Below, in pieces: positions 22,224 through 31,391 of a stretch of 64,000 bases of DNA. The notes beneath the pieces were generated by a model that was not told the DNA's origin, did no database searches, and was given only the letters and a program-made list of their open reading frames with translations. The stretch comes from a virus. The translations under genes were made by a program, and so were the position numbers. Position 1 is the stretch's first letter. The number at the start of each line of letters is the position of its first letter. Location of the stretch: IMG/VR virus record IMGVR_UViG_3300021964_007043; one strand, given 5' to 3'.

Positions 22224-23156
22224 ATGGCTATTATTGACTCCGCCCGATTTAACAACTTACAATCAAGAATCGAACTTATTTTCGGAAATGGTGCAGGACA
22301 AAACGGATACGGACAAACACTATCCAGTGCAAACGTTACTGCTGACGGAAGTGATGTAGTTGAAGCCACAGATATCAATAAAATATATGCAGATATGCTT
22401 AAAGCAAGAGTACACCAAGTTGGACCCGGAGATATAAGCATAGCTCAAATGACACAAAACTTAAATGTTGTTGCAGAAGATGAAAGTTTTTTTGTAGATG
22501 ACGCCGGAGCAACAACAGCAGATCCAGACGGTGCTAAAAAAGGTTTAACAGACTTTGAAGATCTTATGACAACTATTGAAACTGACAAGTTTCTAGTACA
22601 CTCTAGCCAAGCTGATTTAGACTCAGCTATCAGCAGTGTAAGAACTACAGCATGGAATGGTTTAATATATCACGAAATCGTTGTAACATTTGATGATGCA
22701 GATCATCGTAGACATTTTTTCAATACAGGCGGCCAAATAAGATTTAGTGCAAACAATACTTTAGCAGCCCAAGCTAAAGGCCTAGATTGGGCAGAGCTTT
22801 GTTCAGAGATTGGTACAGTTGTGTTTAACTATGATGCAACAACTTCTACAGGTGACGGCTCAGAATCGTCTATAGGAAACTATGATTTAACAGGCGCTGA
22901 CCAAGTAATATATCAAAAAGTGGGTGCAGGAACCTATAGCGGTATATACGCTGGAAACTTGTATACTATTAAAGCAAGAACAGACGGAGATAACAGAATA
23001 GTTTTCCGTATCGAGTTCAATGACGTTGTCACTGACCCTGCAATCGATAACAATGTAGACGGAAGACTAGAAAGTGTTGTTCAATACTATAGAGCTTACG
23101 GTTCTTATGTGGATGTTGCAGCACCTAGTTTTTATAACAATAATACACTGGCTTAA
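22224..23156 (+). CDS. Virion structural protein (paralog of C-terminal part of 23226-24878)
   Basis: VTFDDADHRRHFFNTGGQIRFSA aligns with VTFNNAQQRRQFFNAGGQVRFSA in the next gene. Lies in the tail block. Confidence 0.6.
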   Translation: MAIIDSARFNNLQSRIELIFGNGAGQNGYGQTLSSANVTADGSDVVEATDINKIYADMLKARVHQVGPGDISIAQMTQNLNVVAEDESFFVDDAGATTADPDGAKKGLTDFEDLMTTIETDKFLVHSSQADLDSAISSVRTTAWNGLIYHEIVVTFDDADHRRHFFNTGGQIRFSANNTLAAQAKGLDWAELCSEIGTVVFNYDATTSTGDGSESSIGNYDLTGADQVIYQKVGAGTYSGIYAGNLYTIKARTDGDNRIVFRIEFNDVVTDPAIDNNVDGRLESVVQYYRAYGSYVDVAAPSFYNNNTLA

Positions 23157-23192
23157 AAAGAACTTGTTCTTTTTAAGGGGTTGTGTTATAGT
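23152..23192 (+). promoter_or_regulatory. Perfect 12-bp inverted repeat overlapping the -35 of a putative extended -10 promoter
   Basis: CTTAAAAAGAAC-TT-GTTCTTTTTAAG at 23152-23177. TTGTTC (23164-69), 17 bp, TATAGT (23187-92) preceded by TGn. GTAAATA follows at 23199-23205. Confidence 0.45.
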
Positions 23193-23225
23193 AAGAAAGT
23201 AAATACTATGGTGGAGACATAATAA

Positions 23226-24878
23226 ATGGCAGTCGCAGCAAGTCCTATATTATATTTAGATCGTGCATTAGGCACTACAGATCAGGCCGGCAACTACACC
23301 ATTACCTATACTAATACAGATATCTATACAGATAATAGTGCATATTTTAACTTTGATGCTGAAGAACAAGTAGCATTCACAGCAACCCCTGATAGTACAT
23401 TCATTACGTTAAGTAGAAACGCAAGTTCTTTCAGTGTTTGGTTTAAAACTAATACAGATTATTCTAATAAAGGTAACTACACAGGTAGAGGAACTATTTT
23501 AGGTGTCGGCGGCGCCTCATGGCCTTTATACTCTCTTTGGGTACAAAACAGTCCTCCGTATAGAATATTCGGAGAAACAACTACAAACAACGAAGAATAT
23601 ATAGATATTGCTGGAGCTATTCCTGGAGATACATGGACAAACGTAACTGTAGTATGCGACAGTGGTGTAGCAACAGCATATATAAACAATATTGAGCGCG
23701 GTCAGAAAACTATTACAGGGGACTTGCGGTTTTCTACTTTAAGTGCAATTATTCCGGGTAGTATCGGCTTTGATGTAGACTATAGAGGTAACATAGGTCC
23801 TGTTCAGTTTTGGGACAGAACACTTACAAGAGCAGAAGTAAGAGACAACTATAACCACTATGCTCCGACATTTGGCAGAGTTCTTACAAGTATCGATACA
23901 ACAAGATACAATACATTAAGAGATGAATGTAACTTAGTTTTAGGTAACTCTAACACTCCAACTCCAACATTCGGTTATGGTGAATCTACAGGAACAACTG
24001 CGGTAACAGGAGATTATGACACTAACTTATCTGCTACTGACAAAATTACTGCACAGCAATATGCTGATCTATACATTGATCTGATTAGAGCTAGAGCACA
24101 CCAAGTTGGAACAACAGCTCTTTCAATCGCCCCGTATTTAATCGGTGATTATGAAACTAACTTGGTAGATACAGATAAGGTAGAACTTACACACATAGAA
24201 GCATTAGAAAATCTAGGTGCAAATATTACTACTGATAGATTTGAAATAGACGCTACTGGACAAGCACAAGTAATAAATCTTGAAACGACCAGCAGCGTAC
24301 CTATTGTTAGTACACGACTTAATGCAGGCAGCGGAGCATGGAATGGTACTATTAGCCATATCTTTACTGTAACTTTCAATAATGCTCAACAAAGACGACA
24401 GTTCTTTAATGCAGGAGGCCAAGTAAGATTTAGTGCTAGAGTAGATTATTCTGGCTCTCAAGCAAAAACAGTAGATTGGCAAACAGAAATGTCAGATATG
24501 GGTGTAACTAGTTTTAGAGCAACCAACACTATCAACAACAACGGCGAAGGCACTGGTTCTAATATAGGAAACTTTGATTTAACATCTACTTACCAAGTTT
24601 GCTACAGCAAATCAGGCGGCGCAAGTTATGTTCGTAACGATTACAGAGTGTTAGCACAAAATGTAAATGATACTGTAATACGGTTTAAAGCTGAGTTTAG
24701 AGACAATCAACCAAACGATCTTACCTGGGGTATTGACGAACCGGTATACGGAGATTTCAACAGTATTATTGAACTTCTCCAACCTATTGGAACAGTAACT
24801 ATCAATGGCACTATATATGATACAGTTGAAATACCGGATAACGAACTGCCTTCAGGTGCTACTACTTCAAATCTTTGA
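23226..24878 (+). CDS. Virion structural protein with N-terminal LamG/concanavalin A-like module
   Basis: SFSVWFKT...WTNVTVVCDSGVATAYIN...IGPVQFWDRTLTRAEV is a LamG-3 signature. The rest of the protein is homologous to 22224-23156. GGAG SD. Confidence 0.65.
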   Translation: MAVAASPILYLDRALGTTDQAGNYTITYTNTDIYTDNSAYFNFDAEEQVAFTATPDSTFITLSRNASSFSVWFKTNTDYSNKGNYTGRGTILGVGGASWPLYSLWVQNSPPYRIFGETTTNNEEYIDIAGAIPGDTWTNVTVVCDSGVATAYINNIERGQKTITGDLRFSTLSAIIPGSIGFDVDYRGNIGPVQFWDRTLTRAEVRDNYNHYAPTFGRVLTSIDTTRYNTLRDECNLVLGNSNTPTPTFGYGESTGTTAVTGDYDTNLSATDKITAQQYADLYIDLIRARAHQVGTTALSIAPYLIGDYETNLVDTDKVELTHIEALENLGANITTDRFEIDATGQAQVINLETTSSVPIVSTRLNAGSGAWNGTISHIFTVTFNNAQQRRQFFNAGGQVRFSARVDYSGSQAKTVDWQTEMSDMGVTSFRATNTINNNGEGTGSNIGNFDLTSTYQVCYSKSGGASYVRNDYRVLAQNVNDTVIRFKAEFRDNQPNDLTWGIDEPVYGDFNSIIELLQPIGTVTINGTIYDTVEIPDNELPSGATTSNL

Positions 24879-24907
24879 TTGACAAATCTTACAAAACCAT
24901 ATATACT
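24879..24907 (+). promoter_or_regulatory. Sigma70-type promoter TTGACA-17-TATACT
   Basis: -35 at 24879-84, -10 at 24902-07, then SD AGGAG and the ATG at 24928. Confidence 0.8.
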
Positions 24908-24927
24908 TAACAGTATAGGAGTATTAT

Positions 24928-25275
24928 ATGGACGAAAAACTTTCCAAAGCACTAGACTTTGCAAACTATACCAGAACATTTGAAGATCAAAAAACTCAAA
25001 TCAAAGAAAAGTACTTTGATAGTTTAGTGTATTTTTATAATGGCGGCCAGTTTACTGTTGATAAAACACTAGTAACTTTTGTTAGTTTACTTAGTAGTAA
25101 ACAAGAGTCTGCTATACTAATCGATGACAATGACAATCCTCTTAAAATAGACAACCTACAAGATTTTCTTGATTCTATTTTAGATTTGTATTTCCAATCT
25201 TCTAATGCATATTTTACAAAACTTACTGAACTTAAAACTAAACGGTCTATAGAAAAACTAGTAGAATATGACTAA
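24928..25275 (+). CDS. Hypothetical protein (115 aa), first gene of the glycosyltransferase module
   Basis: Intact ORF with promoter and SD. No catalytic motif recognised. Confidence 0.7.
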   Translation: MDEKLSKALDFANYTRTFEDQKTQIKEKYFDSLVYFYNGGQFTVDKTLVTFVSLLSSKQESAILIDDNDNPLKIDNLQDFLDSILDLYFQSSNAYFTKLTELKTKRSIEKLVEYD

Positions 25276-26104
25276 GGGATATTTGCTTATTGCACAAAAC
25301 AACAGTGCAAATAACTATGTAAAACAAGCAGTATATTGTGCAAAGCGAATAAAGAAGTTTTGTAACAATGCTTCTGTATCTATTGTGACTAAAGATACAG
25401 ACTATTTAGAAAAAAACTTTGACAGTTCAATATTTGATTATGTCATTGACGGTACTGTTCTACCTTCAAGAACTAACAACAGAATAATATTTGATGGTGC
25501 GTTGTCTAACAAAACAGTTCAGTGGAAAAATGTTGGAAGAGATATGGCGTACGATCTTACGCCATACGATGAAACTATTCTATTAGACACTGATTACATA
25601 TTTTCTAACAACTTATTAGATCAATGTTTTGGTAGCGTTAACGATATTATGATGTATAAAAAGTCAGAATATTTAGGATATATAAAAACAGACGAGTTTA
25701 AAAGATGTAGCGATCAAAGTATTGATTTTTATTGGGCAACGGTAATTTATTTTAAAAAGAATAATAACACAAAAATATTTTTTGATCTAGTATCTCATCT
25801 ACGAGAAAACTGGTCTTACTATAACTCACTTTACCAGATAAGTAGTCCTAACTTTAGAAATGACTTTGCATTTAGTATGGCTATACACATAATGAATGAT
25901 ATGAAGTCAGGATCTTTTATGTCTGAGTTACCTGGTAAGATGTATTATATAAAAGATCAAGATTTTTTACATAATATTAAATCCGATAAGATGACATTTT
26001 TGTTAGGTAAAAAAGATCACCTAGGAGAATATACACTTTGTTCCACGCAAGGATTAAATGTCCATGTTCTAAATAAAGCAAGTTTGGAGAGAGAAATTGG
26101 ATAA
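25268..26104 (+). CDS. GT-A fold nucleotide-diphospho-sugar transferase-like protein
   Basis: PYDETILLDTDYIF carries the DxD motif in GT8-like context. Paralog of the next gene. Confidence 0.65.
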   Translation: MTKGYLLIAQNNSANNYVKQAVYCAKRIKKFCNNASVSIVTKDTDYLEKNFDSSIFDYVIDGTVLPSRTNNRIIFDGALSNKTVQWKNVGRDMAYDLTPYDETILLDTDYIFSNNLLDQCFGSVNDIMMYKKSEYLGYIKTDEFKRCSDQSIDFYWATVIYFKKNNNTKIFFDLVSHLRENWSYYNSLYQISSPNFRNDFAFSMAIHIMNDMKSGSFMSELPGKMYYIKDQDFLHNIKSDKMTFLLGKKDHLGEYTLCSTQGLNVHVLNKASLEREIG

Positions 26105-26930
26105 AGGTATTTTATTAGTTGCACAAAATAATAAAGATGACAACTATGTAGAGCAAGCATCTGCACTAGCAATGAGTTTAAAAAAGTTTAACAACGTATC
26201 AGTATCCTTAGTTACTGACGACGATGTTTCTTCGGTCGAAAAATATTTTGATAATATCTATCCTATTGCTTGGGGAGATATGGCAAGCGAAAGCGACTGG
26301 AAAGTAGAAAATAGATGGAAGGTTTTTCATCAAACACCATACAAAGAAACAATAGTTATGGATACGGACATGCTAGTTTTTCAAAATATTGATAACTTAT
26401 GGAACTTCTATTCTAACTATGATTTGTTCTTTACTACTTCACCTGTTACATATAGAAATGAAGCAGTAGATTCTAACTATTATAGAAAAATGTTTGTTGA
26501 AAATAATCTTCCTAATATCTATTGTGCATTGTACTACTTTAAGAAAACAGAGTTTACGCACAACTTTTTTGCATACTTAGAACTAGTAATAAAAAACTTT
26601 AAAGATTTTCAAAAAGAACTTTGCCCAAAACTAATACAAGAGCATGTAAGTATGGATGTTGCTATAGCAATGACAGTTAAGTTGATGGGAATAGAAAATC
26701 AAGTTACGAATAAAAAGAATATGTTGTCTAAGTTTGTACATATGAAACCTTATGTACAGAACTGGCACAAGCATAGAAATAGCTGGCAAAAAACTGTTCC
26801 TTCTTTTTTAACAAAAAATATAGAACTTTTTGTAGGCGGTTATAAACAAGATGGTATTTTTCATTATACCGAAAAAGATTTTTTACATAATGTCGGTGCC
26901 TTAACAAAACTAGGAGACACATATGTCTGA
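26097..26930 (+). CDS. GT-A fold nucleotide-diphospho-sugar transferase-like protein (paralog)
   Basis: PYKETIVMDTDMLVF DxD motif, late FVHMK His. N-terminus KGILLVAQNN matches KGYLLIAQNN of 25268. Confidence 0.65.
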   Translation: MDKGILLVAQNNKDDNYVEQASALAMSLKKFNNVSVSLVTDDDVSSVEKYFDNIYPIAWGDMASESDWKVENRWKVFHQTPYKETIVMDTDMLVFQNIDNLWNFYSNYDLFFTTSPVTYRNEAVDSNYYRKMFVENNLPNIYCALYYFKKTEFTHNFFAYLELVIKNFKDFQKELCPKLIQEHVSMDVAIAMTVKLMGIENQVTNKKNMLSKFVHMKPYVQNWHKHRNSWQKTVPSFLTKNIELFVGGYKQDGIFHYTEKDFLHNVGALTKLGDTYV

Positions 26931-27510
26931 TAGTATTTTAGATTTGCTTTCAAAGTTGAAAGTTGAGAATACACAAAAACAACAACATTATGTTTATTAC
27001 AACTCTGATACAATGGCTATAACAAAAATATCTCCAGTAAAAAAAGATTCGGAATATAAAGTTTTTGCTATAGATTCAGAAAGAGTTGAATCTATATTAT
27101 TAGGAACATCTAAACTTGACGATTACATAGTATTTTTTGATTACAATACTAAAGACTATAATATCAAAAAGAAAAAATCCCAAAACATAGACACTATTCC
27201 TTTAATTGAAGTAGGAGAAAAGTTATCTAACTTTGATTTAGAAGTCGTGTTAACATTAACTAATATTGCTTTTGTAGTTAACCGAGATCTTATCGAACAT
27301 ATTAAAGATGATACAGGAACAATGATGTTTGTGTTTACAGAACAAAATAATCCTTACAAAATGTATTCAAATATTGAAATACAAACAAAAGATCTACTCG
27401 ACAACAATGCTTATGAGCATCACTTAACACCGCAGCAAATAGAAAATGGTGTAAGTATATACACAAATAAAATATTTGAAAAATATAGCCTTGAGGTAAC
27501 TAATGACTAA
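26923..27510 (+). CDS. Hypothetical protein (195 aa)
   Basis: Intact ORF, GGAG SD, 8-nt overlaps with both neighbours. No motif recognised. Confidence 0.7.
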   Translation: MSDSILDLLSKLKVENTQKQQHYVYYNSDTMAITKISPVKKDSEYKVFAIDSERVESILLGTSKLDDYIVFFDYNTKDYNIKKKKSQNIDTIPLIEVGEKLSNFDLEVVLTLTNIAFVVNRDLIEHIKDDTGTMMFVFTEQNNPYKMYSNIEIQTKDLLDNNAYEHHLTPQQIENGVSIYTNKIFEKYSLEVTND

Positions 27511-28444
27511 AAAATTCCGTCCAGTAGAATACGACATCATATATCTTTCTTATGATGAACCTAATGCAGAAGAAAACTATGCGGACTTGTGTAGTAAAGT
27601 ACCTTGGGCAAAACGTGTACACGGAGTAGAAGGATCAGATGCCGCACACAAAGCCTGTGCAGAACTAAGTGAGACTGACCGTTTTATCACAATCGATGGT
27701 GATAATAAAATCCGTGATGGGTTTTTAGACCAAGAAATTGATATTGAAGATTTTCAAGTTTTAGAAAGCAGTGTTATTAGTTGGTGCGGACAGAATGTAA
27801 TCAATAATCTTATGTACGGCAACGGCGGTATCAAATGCTGGCCCAAAGAATATGTGCTTAAAATGCGTACACACGAAAACGCAGACCCAAATAACAAACA
27901 AGCACAAGTAGATTTTTGCTGGGACGTAAACTACATTCAGCAAAATAGTTGTTTTTCAGATGTATATAATAATGCTACTGCACAACAAGCATGGAGAGCA
28001 GGTTTTCGTGAAGGTGTAAAAATGGCATTAGATAGAGGTATTAAAGTTGAAAGTGCAGAAGCTCTACGCAACAGCCATTGGAAAAACTTACATAGATTGT
28101 ATATCTGGACAATGTTAGGTGCAGACGTTGAAAACGGCTTGTGGGCAGTATACGGCGCTAGAGAAGGCCTGTACAAAACTATGTGTACAGATTGGGATTA
28201 TGTAAATGTACGTGATTTTAAATATTTGAATAATCTATGGGATACCAAATACAGTAAAATTACAGAAGAAAGTTTACGTTATGAAATAATGGGTCTAGGC
28301 GAAACACTAAAGTATGAACTTGACATTCCTATTGCAACAGATCCTCTTGATCCTGAACAGAGCAAGTTTTTTAAGACAGTTTATATTAATCCTTCACGCA
28401 ACTCTAATAAGCTCATTGATGTAGAAGATGGTGCAAATGGATGA
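27503..28444 (+). CDS. GT-A-like glycosyltransferase
   Basis: YDIIYLSYDEP...RVHGVEGSDAAHKAC...FITIDGDN (DxD). Paralog of 32887-33561. Confidence 0.55.
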   Translation: MTKKFRPVEYDIIYLSYDEPNAEENYADLCSKVPWAKRVHGVEGSDAAHKACAELSETDRFITIDGDNKIRDGFLDQEIDIEDFQVLESSVISWCGQNVINNLMYGNGGIKCWPKEYVLKMRTHENADPNNKQAQVDFCWDVNYIQQNSCFSDVYNNATAQQAWRAGFREGVKMALDRGIKVESAEALRNSHWKNLHRLYIWTMLGADVENGLWAVYGAREGLYKTMCTDWDYVNVRDFKYLNNLWDTKYSKITEESLRYEIMGLGETLKYELDIPIATDPLDPEQSKFFKTVYINPSRNSNKLIDVEDGANG

Positions 28445-29598
28445 GCGAAAGTTCAAGACCCTATAGTAAACTATCTGATGGTAGGACTGTAGATCCTTTG
28501 TTTGGACCTGTATGGATCAAAGAAACAAAGGGAATGGAATCATCAAAAAAAGATCTATCCGGAAAGTATTGTAATAAACTTTATACATGGTTAGAGTTTG
28601 ATATGTTTGGCAAAGCATGGATGTGTTGTCCAAGTTGGTTACCTTATCCTATAGGTAATGTGCTAACACAAACATTAGACGAAATATGGAACGGCAAAAG
28701 AGCTCAAGAACTACGAAATCAAATATTTACAGGAGATTGGAAGTATTGCCAACACGAGTTTTGTCCTCTTATTGCAGGTGATAATCTACCTAATCTTAAT
28801 ACTATAGATAATCCTCCAACAAGTACAGTTGCAGATCTTCCGACTATGTTTAACTTTTCAAATGACGAAAGTTGCAATCTTCGCTGTCCGAGTTGTAGAG
28901 TTGATAAACTTCTTTATACTGAAGGTCCATTGTACGACAGACGAAAAGAAGTAAATGACAAAATATTTAATATGTTATTTAAAGAGCCAACTGATAGGCA
29001 TTTTAGTATACATGTAACCGGAAGCGGCGATCCTTTTGCAAGCAAAATATATAGAGATATGTTACAAAAAATAGATGGGGACCTTTTTCCTAACCTAGAA
29101 GTTAACTTACAAACTAATGGTACAATGTTTACTCCTACAAATTGGAGACGTATATCTAAAATACATAAAAATCTAAGAAGGTGTGCTATTAGTTTTGATG
29201 CTGGAACAAAAGAAACATATGAAAATAAAACTCGTCTAGGAGGCGATTGGGATCTACTAATAGAAAATTGTAAATATTTAGATAATAAGGTGTTAGAATA
29301 TCCTAACTTTAAAATAGCATATGACTTTGTTGTACAATCAGATAACTATACTGAAATGAGACGGTATATACGTTTAATAGAGAATCAACTTCCTAATGCA
29401 GAAAGTATTAACTTTAGTCTTGTAACCGACTGGGGCACTTGGCCTAAAGAAGTGTACGAAGAAAAATGTATATGGAAGGATAGTCATCCAGAGCATAGTA
29501 AACTATTAACAGTTTTACAAGATAACATATTCAAAAATCCTAAAGTTCGTTTAGGAAATCTTAAGCCTATTTGGAAAAAAGCAAATGGACTTCGATAA
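28441..29598 (+). CDS. Radical SAM protein with N-terminal SPASM/Twitch-type Cys cluster
   Basis: CNLRCPSC (CxxxCxxC), GSGDPF, LQTNG. N-terminal CNKLY...GKAWMCC...C...C. Confidence 0.85.
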   Translation: MSESSRPYSKLSDGRTVDPLFGPVWIKETKGMESSKKDLSGKYCNKLYTWLEFDMFGKAWMCCPSWLPYPIGNVLTQTLDEIWNGKRAQELRNQIFTGDWKYCQHEFCPLIAGDNLPNLNTIDNPPTSTVADLPTMFNFSNDESCNLRCPSCRVDKLLYTEGPLYDRRKEVNDKIFNMLFKEPTDRHFSIHVTGSGDPFASKIYRDMLQKIDGDLFPNLEVNLQTNGTMFTPTNWRRISKIHKNLRRCAISFDAGTKETYENKTRLGGDWDLLIENCKYLDNKVLEYPNFKIAYDFVVQSDNYTEMRRYIRLIENQLPNAESINFSLVTDWGTWPKEVYEEKCIWKDSHPEHSKLLTVLQDNIFKNPKVRLGNLKPIWKKANGLR

Positions 29599-30862
29599 AA
29601 CACCAAAAGAAATATATAAAGCTACAAAGCATTATTGCCCGTTGCTATGGAATCATTTGCATATAAACACCGAAGGTGATGTACAGCCTTGTTGTATGGC
29701 ACCTTTTGGTACAAGTTTAGGAAATATAAACGAAAAACCTTTAGATGAAATTTGGAATGGTCGTGCTATGAAAAAAGCACGTAGACGCTTGCTAAAAGAT
29801 ATGCCGTTAAGCACATGTACCGGTTGCTATGAAAAAGAACGCAGTAGTGATTGGAGTTTGAGAAAAGCAAGTATAATGAAATATCACGACAGCGTCAAAC
29901 CTTTATTAGAAACTACATTTGAAGATGGTGCAAGTTTAGATAGTAAACCTACATATTGGGATATACGTTTTTCAAATATATGCAATATGCGTTGCAGAAT
30001 GTGCGGACATTTTAGCAGTAGCAAGTGGTTTGCTGATGCAAAAAAACTAGCAGAAGAATATGATAATCCGGGTTACCTAGGAAATAAAGACAGAGCTATT
30101 ATTCATGCTGTAGAAGATACAGAAGGATTGCTTTCAAGATTAGATGAGTATCTGCCGCATATACAAGAAATATATTTTGCAGGCGGCGAACCTATGATAA
30201 TGGAAGAACATTATCGTATACTTAAAAGATTATCTAAACTAAAACTTTACAATACTTTTATTAGATACAATACAAACTTTTTGCAGTTATATTACAAAGA
30301 CAAAGATATTTTAGAGTTATGGAAAGACTTTAATAATGTACATTGTACAATAAGTGTTGATACTTACGGAGAGAGAGCTGAGATACTAAGGCATGATACT
30401 GTATGGTCCACAATAGAAGATAATGTAAAACGTGTAAAAGCAGAAGCGCCGCACATTAGATTTAATATCGCACCAACTATACAGATACTTAATGTTTTAA
30501 CTATTCCAGAACTACACAAGCAATGGTGCCAAAAAGGATGGCTAAAGCCAAATGATTTATTTTTAAACATTTTACATGATCCTAGTTTTTATAATATAAA
30601 AGCATTACCGCAGCATCTAAAAGAACAAGCAAAACAAAAGTTTGAAGAACACATTGATTGGTTATCAAAAACCTATACAGATAACTTGTATAGTGTAAAA
30701 AATACAATAAATAACTCTATAAACTATATGATGAGTGAACAACTAGAAGAAGAAAGACTGTACGAAATGTGCAAACAAACTAAACAGTTAGATATAATAA
30801 GAAACCAAAATACACCTGCTACATTTCCTGAACTTGAATACATATGGAGTAACTATGCTTAA
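29585..30862 (+). CDS. Radical SAM protein with N-terminal Twitch domain
   Basis: CPLLWNHLHINTEGDVQPCC...CTGC, then NICNMRCRMC, YFAGGEP, RYNTN. Confidence 0.9.
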   Translation: MDFDKTPKEIYKATKHYCPLLWNHLHINTEGDVQPCCMAPFGTSLGNINEKPLDEIWNGRAMKKARRRLLKDMPLSTCTGCYEKERSSDWSLRKASIMKYHDSVKPLLETTFEDGASLDSKPTYWDIRFSNICNMRCRMCGHFSSSKWFADAKKLAEEYDNPGYLGNKDRAIIHAVEDTEGLLSRLDEYLPHIQEIYFAGGEPMIMEEHYRILKRLSKLKLYNTFIRYNTNFLQLYYKDKDILELWKDFNNVHCTISVDTYGERAEILRHDTVWSTIEDNVKRVKAEAPHIRFNIAPTIQILNVLTIPELHKQWCQKGWLKPNDLFLNILHDPSFYNIKALPQHLKEQAKQKFEEHIDWLSKTYTDNLYSVKNTINNSINYMMSEQLEEERLYEMCKQTKQLDIIRNQNTPATFPELEYIWSNYA

Positions 30863-31391
30863 ACCGATTAAACTTGATTATGATTTTAGCATCTTCTTAG
30901 ATGCAGATTATAGCGTACACGAAGGTAGCTGTATAGCACACCAAGTTCATGAGTTAACAGACATACATGAAGAATATGGTGGTTTTCCAGATAGCTATGA
31001 AAGTGAGAATACGAAAATAAGACAGTTGTGGTGGAACGAATCACAAGTAGACTTTGAAAAGATAGGTCAGCAACTTGATATGCAAGTTGTAACAGTTAGT
31101 TCAATATTGCAACCTCCAGGAAATACTATTCCTATTCATAGAGATACTTTTTTTCAGATTAACAAACGATATCCTGATGATACTAGATTAAAAGTAAGAG
31201 CTAATATGTATCTTGAAGATTGGAAAGTAGGACATTTTCTACAGTATCAGGATGCAGATAAAGAATGGTATAACAGCACTCATTGGAAACAAGGTGAAGG
31301 TTGGATGTGGGATAGTAAACACTTGCATCTTAGTTCTAACGCAGGAATGAAACCAAAGTATACTTTACAAGTAAGTGGATTTTTAAATTAG
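30855..31391 (+). CDS. Fe(II)/2OG-type oxygenase (AspH/cupin-like)
   Basis: PPGNTIPIHRD (HxD)...HLSSNAG...KYTLQV. Start moved to the ATG at 30855 (GGAG SD). Confidence 0.7.
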   Translation: MLKPIKLDYDFSIFLDADYSVHEGSCIAHQVHELTDIHEEYGGFPDSYESENTKIRQLWWNESQVDFEKIGQQLDMQVVTVSSILQPPGNTIPIHRDTFFQINKRYPDDTRLKVRANMYLEDWKVGHFLQYQDADKEWYNSTHWKQGEGWMWDSKHLHLSSNAGMKPKYTLQVSGFLN

